Assembly: GCA_037443035.1 (NCBI GenBank)
Contig: JBBIPC010000009.1
Span: forward strand, 81,984 to 124,297
Reading direction: 5' to 3'
Length of the DNA: 42,314 nucleotides
Source of the DNA: Chthonomonadales bacterium
Lineage (GTDB): Bacteria; Armatimonadota; Chthonomonadetes; Chthonomonadales; CAJBBX01
Part shown: one piece after another, positions 1 through 8,879 of the stretch
Layout of the letters: each line of letters starts with the position of its first letter
How positions within the stretch are numbered: the first letter of the stretch is position 1
Position numbers and translations under genes: made by a program
Notes under the pieces: generated by a model
Seen by the model: the letters and a program-made list of their open reading frames with translations, nothing else
What the model was told of the DNA's origin: nothing
Database searches by the model: none

Positions 1-227
1 CGCGCATCCAGGAAGCCTACGTCCGCAAGGTCGTGGATACTGTGGGTGGCTTCTACAACGTGCTCTACGAGATCGGCAACGAGACGCACCCTTCCTCGAC
101 CGAGTGGCAGTACCACATGATCCGCTTCATCCACGAATACGAGAATGGTTCCAAGCAGACGCTGCGAGCGCCGTTCAGCGGACCGGCGGTGGTCCATCTG
201 CGCAAGCAAGGTGGCGCGACCCAATGA
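1..227 (+). CDS. 3' end of a DUF6298/GH5-like TIM-barrel protein, apparently internally deleted (partial, runs off window start)
   Basis: Frame open from position 3: RIQEAYVRKVVDTVGGFYNVLYEIGNE...; the NVLYxxxNE motif resembles NVLYCMDNE in 29708-31135. Its TGA overlaps the next ATG (ATGA 224-227). Confidence 0.55.
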   Translation, partial: RIQEAYVRKVVDTVGGFYNVLYEIGNETHPSSTEWQYHMIRFIHEYENGSKQTLRAPFSGPAVVHLRKQGGATQ

Positions 228-1168
228 GGAACCTGACGGCTATCGCGGCGGCAGCCGCCGCCATGGCGTGCGCCCCCAATGGCCAGGCTCCGGATCGCCT
301 GCCCGAGGGCAGCGGCTTGGCGGCCCGGAAAGGGCACGTCACTTCGGCGCTCTTTGCCGACGACTTCGAGACAGTAACCGGCGACCGGCTGACCGACGGC
401 ATCCGCAGCGACACCGACGATGCGAGCCGCTGGAACCACCGATGGGACCACGCTTGGGGCTCGTGCAAGGTCGAGCGGGACCCGAAGTTCGTTCGTTCGG
501 GCAGACAGAGCGTGGCGATGGCCCTTCCCGGCGCAGGCAGCGTGGGCCTCACCAAGTACCTGGGCAGGGGCTACGACCGGCTCTTCCTCCGTTACTACAT
601 CCGCTATGCAGCCGACTTCCCCGGCGCCCACCACGTCGGCGGCGCTATCGAAGCTCGCGCGCCCGGCGTTCCCCACGCGAACCCGGGCGTGCCCGCCAAC
701 GGCTCAAACAAGATCACCGTGCTGCTCGATCACTGGAGCTTCGAGCCGGGCATGAAGCCGCCTGGACCCATGGTCGCCTATGTCTATCACATGGACCAGC
801 AGCATCAATGGGGCGAGCAGTTCTACCCCTCCGGAAAGATACAGCCACAGGAGAACGAGCGCCGCAAGCTCTTCGGCCCCCACTTCACGCCGCGCCCCGA
901 CTTCACGCCCGAGCTCGACCGATGGTACTGCTGCGAACTCATGGTGGACGCCGGCAAGGCCGGCACGCGCGGCGGGCGCGTCGCGTTCTGGGTAGACGGG
1001 AAGCTCAGGGCCGACTTCCCCAACCTCCGCTTCCGCACAACGCCTGACCTTCTCCTGAACCGAGTGGATCTCAGCCTCTACGAAAGCCGAAACAACGGAC
1101 CACGGCGCGTCTGGTTCGACGATGTGATCGTCGCGACCGAGTACATCGGGCCGGATGCCGGCCGGTGA
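224..1168 (+). CDS. Putative lipoprotein, polysaccharide-lyase-like (ConA/jelly-roll) domain
   Basis: ATG at 224 coupled to the upstream stop. Lipoprotein-like signal MRNLTAIAAAAAAMA-C; motifs LFLRYYIRY, WYCCELMV, FWVDG, WFDDVIVATEYIGP typical of PL14-like jelly-roll proteins. Confidence 0.6.
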   Translation: MRNLTAIAAAAAAMACAPNGQAPDRLPEGSGLAARKGHVTSALFADDFETVTGDRLTDGIRSDTDDASRWNHRWDHAWGSCKVERDPKFVRSGRQSVAMALPGAGSVGLTKYLGRGYDRLFLRYYIRYAADFPGAHHVGGAIEARAPGVPHANPGVPANGSNKITVLLDHWSFEPGMKPPGPMVAYVYHMDQQHQWGEQFYPSGKIQPQENERRKLFGPHFTPRPDFTPELDRWYCCELMVDAGKAGTRGGRVAFWVDGKLRADFPNLRFRTTPDLLLNRVDLSLYESRNNGPRRVWFDDVIVATEYIGPDAGR

Positions 1169-1443
1169 GCGGCGATGGTCCAGAGGATCAGTCTGCGAGT
1201 GGCCCTGCCGAGAGCGCATCCAACTCATGCGGATGCTTCCACGTTGGCCTGCCGCTACTCGTCACGCTCGCCGGCGCGATCATCGGCGAGCGCATGGGCG
1301 CGGATCACGGATGGGTGTGGACCGTTGTCGGAACACTCGCCCGCGCCGTAGCAGGCGCGCGGCTATCCGTCGTCGCGGTTACCGTCCTGGCGTGGATCGT
1401 TCTACGGATCGTCGCGCCGATGCCAGCACCTCCTGCACCTTGA
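1165..1443 (+). CDS. Small hypothetical membrane protein
   Basis: GTGA coupling to the upstream stop and two to three hydrophobic segments, but overlaps the convergent gene by 65 bp. Confidence 0.3.
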   Translation: MSGDGPEDQSASGPAESASNSCGCFHVGLPLLVTLAGAIIGERMGADHGWVWTVVGTLARAVAGARLSVVAVTVLAWIVLRIVAPMPAPPAP

Positions 1444-2476
1444 CCGGCTTGCCGGTGCGGCTGCTCTCGATGCCCGCGAACACAAGCGCGACGGACTGCA
1501 GATTGCCCTCGACGTTGGTTTCCATGGGCTCGCCGCCCTCGCGCCAGCGCACGAACAGCTCCGTCAGCCAGGCGTTGGCCCACTTCGGCTGTTCGATGGG
1601 CGCTACTGTTTGTCCTTCGCCCTCCCGGACCGAGGTCCAGGTTCGTGACGGGTCATAGGGGAACCGTTCGACGCGCCTGCGGTCCATGATGAGCGTGGCC
1701 AGCTCGCACTCGGCCCGCACGTACTCTTGCTGCCATGGATTCAGGCCTACGGCGTTGGTCTTGGCGCCCTCGTAAGTCGCTCGGACGCCGTTCGGGAAGG
1801 TCATGGTCACGAGCGCCTGGGAGTCGCCCGCGAACTCGCCCCACTCGGGGTTCCATGTCTGCGCGTAGATGGTGTCGCACGGCGCTCCTGCCAGATCGGC
1901 CAGGATGTCGAGGTGATGCACGGCGCCCTCGACCATGAGAGCGTCGGGCATCTCGTGGCGGAACTTGCCCCAGCTTGCGAACCTGCGGCAGTCGCAGGTG
2001 AACCGTCCCACAAGGTAATCGAGCCTCCCGGAGCTGGGATCGCGCAGCTCGCGCCGCAGCGTGGTCTTGTCCTGATCGAAACGGTGGCTCATGGTCACGC
2101 CCATCTTGCGCCCTGCCGCGCGGACCTTTGCCGCGATCCGGCAGGATGCCTCGAGCGTGTCGGCGATGGGCTTCTCGGAGAGGATGTCCATGTCGTGCTC
2201 GACGGCCAGGTTGACGATCTCCTCATGTCGGTCGGGAGTCGTCACAATGATGGCGAAGTCGGCGCGCACACGGTCGAAGGCGAGCACCGGATCGGTGAAC
2301 AGCCTGTCGTCGCTGAGTCCCAGCGTATCGCGCGCAACGGGCAGCCGGTCGGGGTTCACGTCCACGGCAGCCACGACCTCGACCAGTCCGTCGGCAATGT
2401 TGGGCGGCAAACAGGAGCGGCACCACGCTTCGCCCATGGCCCCGATCCCGACAAGAATGGCTCGATGCGGACGCAT
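1379..2476 (-). CDS. Gfo/Idh/MocA family oxidoreductase
   Basis: Rossmann GIGAMG, EKPIA motif, GAVHHLD catalytic region; GGAGGTGA RBS upstream. Confidence 0.9.
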   Translation of the reverse strand: MRPHRAILVGIGAMGEAWCRSCLPPNIADGLVEVVAAVDVNPDRLPVARDTLGLSDDRLFTDPVLAFDRVRADFAIIVTTPDRHEEIVNLAVEHDMDILSEKPIADTLEASCRIAAKVRAAGRKMGVTMSHRFDQDKTTLRRELRDPSSGRLDYLVGRFTCDCRRFASWGKFRHEMPDALMVEGAVHHLDILADLAGAPCDTIYAQTWNPEWGEFAGDSQALVTMTFPNGVRATYEGAKTNAVGLNPWQQEYVRAECELATLIMDRRRVERFPYDPSRTWTSVREGEGQTVAPIEQPKWANAWLTELFVRWREGGEPMETNVEGNLQSVALVFAGIESSRTGKPVKVQEVLASARRSVERSTPGR

Positions 2477-2528
2477 TGCGTCACCTCCTACGATTGGGGC
2501 GACCGTTCAATCGCCCACCCCTTCAGCC

Positions 2529-3863
2529 TCAGTAGAACAGAAACACCCACCAATTCTTCATCGGCCTCCCGCCGTCGTCTTTGGCACGATTGCGGTAGCC
2601 AGGCATGTTCTGTCGCCAGTACACGAGCCATTTCCCCATACAATCTGGCGCCAGCCGTGCATACCGATCGAGCACAGCAGCCGACCATGGCTTAGCCACG
2701 TCCTTCCCGTCAGGACCGCTCCCTATTCTCCAGTCCTCGATCGTGGAGAGAACGGGTTGGCGATTGTCCTGGTCGTAATGCCGGCGGGCGTTGGGTGGGA
2801 AGTGTACGTTGCCTCCAGCGGCAACGTAGTTTTCTATGCGCCAGGTTCTCTCCCCGTCAGTCGCGACGGCCGTGTGGTCATCCGGGTAAGAGATTCCCTT
2901 GCCCTCACCCCACAGCGGGTAGAAGGAGTTCATGGTCAGCCCATATCTCTGGTCGAGGTCGAAGCCAGCGAACTCGTAGAAGTACTTCGTGAAGTACGGA
3001 ATGGCTTTGCTGTGCGCCATACCCTCCAGGGAGTGTCCCAGGTTCTCCATGCCGCACCCGATGCCCCTGTCGTGATTCAGGCAGTTGATGCGAAGGGATC
3101 TCCCTGTCCACTTCTGATCCGGATCACCGCCATTTCCCGCCTGCACGTAGCGACCCGGGAGCCTGTGGAAGGCTTCGTCGTAGACGGGCTTCAGCTCTAC
3201 GCACTCGAGGCAGCGGAATACGCCGTCGGCAGCAGCCGTGAACCACACCTCGTGCACATATCCTCTGTCCACGAGTTCGTCCAGTCTAAGGAAACGCTGG
3301 CGGTTCCTGGGGTCACGCACCCCGATGTATGCGGCGAACTGCTCGGAGAAGAAGGCGCCGTAATCGCAGTTCATGTCCGGAGCAGGTACGTTGGCTTTCA
3401 CTGGCACCCGCTTGCTATTCCCCTTCGACGCCCCGGCATCTCGCAAGTCCACGTATCGCCAAACGGTGTACTCCAAGAAGGGCGGAGCTGACGGATCCGC
3501 GTATCCATGGTAGCGGCTGCTCTCTCGCAACGCTGCAATGAGGTCGCGAGCCAGCCGCATGGGCTTCTCGGGTGCGACCTGATTGGAGAAGTTGATGACC
3601 AGCAGCCGGGGGCGCATGAGCCTGATCCGATCGTGGTTGCGGACAATCCAGGCGTCGGAGTTGGCGTGGGAGAAGGCGTTCGGCCAGACGGTCGGGTCGC
3701 GAGGATCACGCAGTGGCAGCGGGGTGCCGTCTGGGCGGCAGCCTGAGGGCGCATCTCTGGGCACTGCCTGCCGCGAACTAGCCGTCGTTACCGCACCTCC
3801 CACGAGGAGGCATAGCGAGAGCCCCACGCCGGTTGCCAGGATCCTACGACGCATCGTTGTCAT
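2529..3863 (-). CDS. Secreted hypothetical protein (possible metal-dependent hydrolase)
   Basis: 444 aa ORF with signal peptide (MTTMRRRILATGVGLSLCLLVGG) and purine-rich RBS; HEVWF, ENLGHSLE, GNVHFPPN and C-terminal WWVFLFY segments. Confidence 0.7.
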   Translation of the reverse strand: MTTMRRRILATGVGLSLCLLVGGAVTTASSRQAVPRDAPSGCRPDGTPLPLRDPRDPTVWPNAFSHANSDAWIVRNHDRIRLMRPRLLVINFSNQVAPEKPMRLARDLIAALRESSRYHGYADPSAPPFLEYTVWRYVDLRDAGASKGNSKRVPVKANVPAPDMNCDYGAFFSEQFAAYIGVRDPRNRQRFLRLDELVDRGYVHEVWFTAAADGVFRCLECVELKPVYDEAFHRLPGRYVQAGNGGDPDQKWTGRSLRINCLNHDRGIGCGMENLGHSLEGMAHSKAIPYFTKYFYEFAGFDLDQRYGLTMNSFYPLWGEGKGISYPDDHTAVATDGERTWRIENYVAAGGNVHFPPNARRHYDQDNRQPVLSTIEDWRIGSGPDGKDVAKPWSAAVLDRYARLAPDCMGKWLVYWRQNMPGYRNRAKDDGGRPMKNWWVFLFY

Positions 3864-3934
3864 TTCCTACCCCCTCTCCTCGACCTTGCCCCCTGAGCAT
3901 ACCTGACCACGCCCCGGCCAGCCGGCGCTTACAT

Positions 3935-3948
3935 CGAAACGCGTTTCG
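3935..3948. promoter_or_regulatory. Perfect 14-bp palindrome in a divergent promoter region (candidate operator)
   Basis: CGAAACGCGTTTCG, between -10-like TATGCT (minus, 3896-3901) and TACAAT (plus, 3973-3978). Confidence 0.35.
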
Positions 3949-3983
3949 TGGCGGACCTTACTCCCCGATGGGTACAATGGGCC

Positions 3984-5663
3984 ATGAACTCCGAAAGCAC
4001 TCCCACTTCCTGCCCACTTCAGATCATCCCGCTAGGTGGTGCGTCGGAAATCGGCAAGAACATGATCGTCCTGGGTTACGGGGACGACATGGTGGTGATC
4101 GATGCGGGCGTAACGTTCCCGTCCTATGACCATCCTGGCGTAGACCTGATTCTTCCGGACATGGGCTACCTGGCGGAGAACGCCTCGGCCCTCAGAGCTG
4201 TTCTGCTCACCCACGGTCATGAAGATCACATCGGTGCGTTGCCGTTTCTCCTTCGGCGTGTTCGAGTACCCATCTACGGCACGCGGCTAACGCTTGGACT
4301 GGTGCGGGCGAAGCTGGAAGAGCATGGGCTTCTGCCCAGCGCTGACCTACGCGAGTACGAGCCTGGCCAGCGGGTGGCGTTCGGCGAGCTTTCCGTCGAG
4401 CCCATCCGCGTCACCCATTCCATACCCGACACTGTGAGCCTGGCGTTTCACACGCCGCTGGGAGTTGTCCTTCACACAGGCGACTTCAAGATAGATCAGA
4501 CGCCCGTAGACGGTAGGGGTTTCGATGCCGGGCGGTTCGCGCAACTCGGCGATGAAGGTGTCCTGCTCCTGATCTCGGATAGTGTCAACGCCGAGGAGGA
4601 TGGCTGGTCCCCCAGCGAAAAAGCCGTGGGACGAACCCTCGAACAGCAGCTCGCACGCGCTCCCGGGCGCGTTCTGTTCACCACCTTCGCCTCCAATATC
4701 CATCGTATCCAGCAGGTGTTCGATGCTGCGGCGCAGTTCGGGAGGAAGGTGATCGTCACGGGCCGCTCTATGCAGCGGAATGTTAGAGTCGCACGGGAGT
4801 TGGAGTACCTGCGCTACCCTGAGAGCGTTGTCGCTTCGGTAGACGACCTGGAATCGCTGGCTCCCGATGAGGTGGTCATCGTGACCACGGGCAGTCAAGG
4901 CGAGCCTCTTTCGACGCTCACTCAGATCGCGAAGGAGCGGCACCGAATCCGGATCCAAGAAGGGGATACGGTCATTCTGTCTTCGACGCCCATTCCCGGC
5001 AACGAGGAGGACGTCTGGCGCACCGTCAACCGGTTAATCCGGCTGGGCGCCCGGGTTGTCTACGACCTGATAACTCCCGTGCACGCCTCGGGGCATGCGT
5101 GCCGGGGCGAGCTCCGGCTCATGCTCAGTCTCACGCGCCCACTCTACGTCGTACCGTTCCACGGCGAGCCGCGGATGATGCAGGCTTACACGGATATGGC
5201 TATGGAGATGGGAATCGCCAGGGAGGCGGTCATCTGGCTCGAGAACGGCGACAGGTTGGGCTTCGACGGTCTGAGCCCCTGCAAGTTGGACCCAATCCCA
5301 TCCGTCGGGTCCGTATTCGTGGACGCCCTGTCCGACGCGAGTGTGAGCGATATCATCTTGCGTGACCGCAAACACTTAGCGACTGGCGGCACCGTGGTTG
5401 TCACGCTCGCCCGCGACCAGACCACCGGCGAGATACTGAGCGGACCCGACTTCGTGGCGCGAGGGTTCGTCGAGCTGGAGTACGCGGATGAAGTGTTCGA
5501 AGAGGCCGCTGCTCTCGTCCGGCAGGCGCTGGAGGACCATTCCTCGGGCGATGACATCGAACGGGACGATCCTCACATCGTCGTGCGCGATGTTGTGGCG
5601 CGGTTTCTGCGCCGGAAGACAGGCGGCAAACCCGTTATCGTGCCCGTGATAGCTGAAGTATGA
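3984..5663 (+). CDS. rnj: Ribonuclease J
   Basis: PLGGASEIGKNM, THGHEDHIG (MBL motif), HTGDFKIDQTP, TGSQGEP, HASGHA, PFHGE. Start uncertain (3948 GTG or 3984 ATG; the latter lies 5 nt after TACAAT, possibly leaderless). Confidence 0.95.
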   Translation: MNSESTPTSCPLQIIPLGGASEIGKNMIVLGYGDDMVVIDAGVTFPSYDHPGVDLILPDMGYLAENASALRAVLLTHGHEDHIGALPFLLRRVRVPIYGTRLTLGLVRAKLEEHGLLPSADLREYEPGQRVAFGELSVEPIRVTHSIPDTVSLAFHTPLGVVLHTGDFKIDQTPVDGRGFDAGRFAQLGDEGVLLLISDSVNAEEDGWSPSEKAVGRTLEQQLARAPGRVLFTTFASNIHRIQQVFDAAAQFGRKVIVTGRSMQRNVRVARELEYLRYPESVVASVDDLESLAPDEVVIVTTGSQGEPLSTLTQIAKERHRIRIQEGDTVILSSTPIPGNEEDVWRTVNRLIRLGARVVYDLITPVHASGHACRGELRLMLSLTRPLYVVPFHGEPRMMQAYTDMAMEMGIAREAVIWLENGDRLGFDGLSPCKLDPIPSVGSVFVDALSDASVSDIILRDRKHLATGGTVVVTLARDQTTGEILSGPDFVARGFVELEYADEVFEEAAALVRQALEDHSSGDDIERDDPHIVVRDVVARFLRRKTGGKPVIVPVIAEV

Positions 5664-5690
5664 ACGCTCTACAATGAGAGGACCCGATAC

Positions 5691-8087
5691 GTGTCTCTTT
5701 CCTTCACGTTGGCCCTGGCAGCCCACGCCGTCCTATCAGTAATCTCAGGAGGTTCCCCCATGGAAAGGCTGACGCCTGTCCCCTTCACGAGTGTCACCAT
5801 CCGCGACAGCTTCTGGTCACCGCGGCGCGAGATGAACCGTAAGGTCTCCATCCCACATAGCCTCGACATGCTGGAGAAGGCTGGCAACCTTCGCAACTTC
5901 GACCGTGCAGCCCGAGGCGAACGGCAGGGGTACGAAGGTCCCGTCTTCATGGACTCGGACGCGTACAAGGCCATCGAGGCAGCGGCCTACTCCCTGGCGC
6001 AGCATTCAGACCCGCAACTGGAACAAAGGCTGGATGGGATCATCGCTCGCATCGCGGCGGCCCAGCTACCCGACGGGTACCTGAACACGTGGTACCAAGT
6101 CAACGCGCCAGACCAGCGGTTCACCAACCTCCGCGACAATCACGAGATCTACTGCGCGGGTCATCTTTTCGAGGCTGCCGTGGCCCACTATGCCGCCACC
6201 CACAAGCGGACGCTCCTCGACGTGGCGTGCAAGTTCGCAGACCTTCTGGATCGGACCTTCGGAGATGGTAAAGGCAAGCGGGTTGGGTACTGCGGTCATC
6301 CGGAAGCGGAACTAGCGCTCGTGAAGCTCTGGAGAGCCACGGGCGAACGAAGGTACTTCGAGTTGGCCCGACACATGGTGGAGATGCGCGGCAGCAAGAT
6401 CTTCGCACGCGAGCACCACGTTCCTCTGGACCGTTACGATGGCACGTACTGGCAGGATGACCTGCCGATTCGCGAACACCGTGAAATCAAGGGGCATGCG
6501 GTTCGTGCCGCCTATCTCATGGCGGGGGTCACCGATATCGTATCGGAGACTGGCGACAGCGGCCTGCAGAAGATGCTCAGCCGCGTCTGGCGAAACACCA
6601 CCGAGAAACGCATGTACATAACGGGCGGCATCGGCCCATCTGCCAGCAACGAGGGCTTCACAACTGACTACGACCTTCCCAACCTGACTGCCTATCAGGA
6701 GACATGTGCCTCCATCGCGCTCATGCTCTGGAACCACCGCATGGCCCTCCTCTACGGCGATGCAAGGTACATGGACGTCCTGGAGCGTGCGCTCTACAAT
6801 GGCATGCTCGCCGGCGTCTCGCTGGACGGGAAGCGTTACTTCTACGTGAATCCGGTGGAGAGCCTCGGCAACCACCACCGTCAGGAGTGGTTCGGCTGCG
6901 CCTGCTGTCCTCCCAACGTGACGCGCACGCTTGCAGCTCTGGGCGGCTACGCCTATGCGACATCGGCTGACACGATCTGGGTGAACCTGTACATTGGCGG
7001 CAGTGTCCGAACGCAAGTGGCAGGCAGTCCGGTAGCCCTCGATGTCCGGACGGACTATCCGTGGGATGGGAAAGTCCAGATTACCGTAACGTTGACCGAT
7101 AAGCGGGCCAGGAGTAAGGAGTTCGGGCTGCGCCTGCGCATTCCGGGATGGTGCCAACAGGCGACGTTCGCTGTCAACGGTCGCAAAGGAACGAAGTTGG
7201 ACACGGACAGGGGCTATCTTGTCCTGCGCCGACGCTGGCAGACCGGCGATTCGGTGGAGCTGAGCCTGGACATGCCCGTCGTTCGCATGGAGGCTCATCC
7301 TGCCGTGAAAGAGGATTTGGGGCATGTCGCGCTTCAGCGCGGCCCCATCGTCTACTGCATCGAGCAGGCTGACCAGAAGGCACGTGTGACGGACATCGCC
7401 TTGCCGATGACTAGCAGCATCACGATCGAGAAGAAGCCGAAACTGCTCGGCGGTGTCGTGGTGCTGAAGACGGAAGGTGTTGTTTCGGACACGTCACCAT
7501 GGGGACACGCCCTCTATCGCCCAGTGGCCCAGCCGCAGACGGTGAAACTGACGGCCATCCCCTACTACGCATGGGACAACCGCGAGCCAGGCCCCATGCG
7601 CGTGTGGCTGCCCGTGGTACCGCAACCTGCCCCCGCAGGTGGGCTGGAGATGAGCGCCCAGGTAGCCGTCTCTTTCGCCAATAGCAACTCCCAGCCCGAA
7701 GGAATCCACGATGGCATCGAGCCCAGACGCTCCAGCGACCATCCGTCCATGCTCTGCCATTGGTGGCCGCATGCAGGGACGACGGAATGGGCCCAGTACA
7801 CCTGGAGGAAACCGGTCACAGTCGCCGGTTGTCGCGTGTACTGGTTCGATGACACGGGCACGGGGGCATGTCGGCTACCGGCGCAGTGGCATGTGGAGTA
7901 CCTCGACGGTGCAGAGTGGAAGCCTGTTGTAGCCCGAGGCGAGTACCCTGTGCGCCTGGATGGCTGGTGCGAGATCGGGTTCGAGCCGGTGACCACCACG
8001 GCGCTCCGTCTGGTCGTGCAGCTCCAAGAGGGCTGGGCTGCCGGCGTGCAAGAATGGCAGGTGATAGCATCCGACGATGACGAGTGA
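5691..8087 (+). CDS. GH127 beta-L-arabinofuranosidase-like protein with C-terminal F5/8 (discoidin-like) domain
   Basis: HEIYCAGHLFEAAVA, GHAVRA, NEGF, ETCASIA, CACCPPN (HypBA1-type Glu/Cys catalytic and Zn residues); hydrophobic N-terminus; C-terminal EWAQYTW...VYWFDD...TTALRL module. Confidence 0.9.
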   Translation: MSLSFTLALAAHAVLSVISGGSPMERLTPVPFTSVTIRDSFWSPRREMNRKVSIPHSLDMLEKAGNLRNFDRAARGERQGYEGPVFMDSDAYKAIEAAAYSLAQHSDPQLEQRLDGIIARIAAAQLPDGYLNTWYQVNAPDQRFTNLRDNHEIYCAGHLFEAAVAHYAATHKRTLLDVACKFADLLDRTFGDGKGKRVGYCGHPEAELALVKLWRATGERRYFELARHMVEMRGSKIFAREHHVPLDRYDGTYWQDDLPIREHREIKGHAVRAAYLMAGVTDIVSETGDSGLQKMLSRVWRNTTEKRMYITGGIGPSASNEGFTTDYDLPNLTAYQETCASIALMLWNHRMALLYGDARYMDVLERALYNGMLAGVSLDGKRYFYVNPVESLGNHHRQEWFGCACCPPNVTRTLAALGGYAYATSADTIWVNLYIGGSVRTQVAGSPVALDVRTDYPWDGKVQITVTLTDKRARSKEFGLRLRIPGWCQQATFAVNGRKGTKLDTDRGYLVLRRRWQTGDSVELSLDMPVVRMEAHPAVKEDLGHVALQRGPIVYCIEQADQKARVTDIALPMTSSITIEKKPKLLGGVVVLKTEGVVSDTSPWGHALYRPVAQPQTVKLTAIPYYAWDNREPGPMRVWLPVVPQPAPAGGLEMSAQVAVSFANSNSQPEGIHDGIEPRRSSDHPSMLCHWWPHAGTTEWAQYTWRKPVTVAGCRVYWFDDTGTGACRLPAQWHVEYLDGAEWKPVVARGEYPVRLDGWCEIGFEPVTTTALRLVVQLQEGWAAGVQEWQVIASDDDE

Positions 8088-8826
8088 CACGCCGGTGCGA
8101 TCCGGACCAGACCTTCGAGGTAGCCGAGCGATCGTTACGGGCGGGGGCAGAGGCATCGGTCGAGCCATCGCCCTGGCGCTGGCCAGGTGCGGTGCCGATG
8201 TGGCCATCGCTGCGCGCACGACGGCTGAACTGGAGGAGACAGCGGATCAGGTACGCGCCCTGGACAGGCGTTGCTGCGTCATACCGGCGGATGTAACCCT
8301 GCCCGAGGACTGCCGACGGATCGTCGAGACGGCGGTCCGAGAGCTGGGCGGTCTGGAGATCCTCGTGAACAACGCAGGTGCGGCCACTTTCAAGCCCGTA
8401 TGGGAGTACACCGACGAGGATCTGGACTTCCACTACGCCGTGAACTTCCGGAGTATGTACCTCTGCAGTCGAGAGGCGCTCGCGCACATGCTGCGCCGAC
8501 GCCGCGGAAGCATCATCAACATTGCGTCCAGTTCTGGCAAGAAGCCCTATGCTCGTCAGGGCCCATACTGTGCCATGAAGGCCGCTGTCATTTCCCTCTC
8601 GAAGGTGATGGCACTAGAGCTTCGGGACTATGGCATTCGAGTGCATGCGGTGTGCCCGGGGGCTGTGGATACCCGCATGGCGGACGTCGTTCACCCAGAG
8701 CGCCATAGAGATGGGTGGATTCAGGCCGAGGACGTGGCCGATGCGGTCGTGAATCTCATCGCCCTTCCGCCACACCTTTCGGTAGATGAGCTCGTCATCC
8801 GCCGCTACCTGGCAGACCCGATGTAA
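8077..8826 (+). CDS. SDR family NAD(P)-dependent oxidoreductase
   Basis: TGGGRGIG, NNAG, YCAMK (YxxxK), CPGAVDT. Confidence 0.92.
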   Translation: MTSDTPVRSGPDLRGSRAIVTGGGRGIGRAIALALARCGADVAIAARTTAELEETADQVRALDRRCCVIPADVTLPEDCRRIVETAVRELGGLEILVNNAGAATFKPVWEYTDEDLDFHYAVNFRSMYLCSREALAHMLRRRRGSIINIASSSGKKPYARQGPYCAMKAAVISLSKVMALELRDYGIRVHAVCPGAVDTRMADVVHPERHRDGWIQAEDVADAVVNLIALPPHLSVDELVIRRYLADPM

Positions 8827-8879
8827 CGATAGGGTGCAATGCGCCCGGGAGCCAACAGACCGACGCAAGGAGAACCCAA

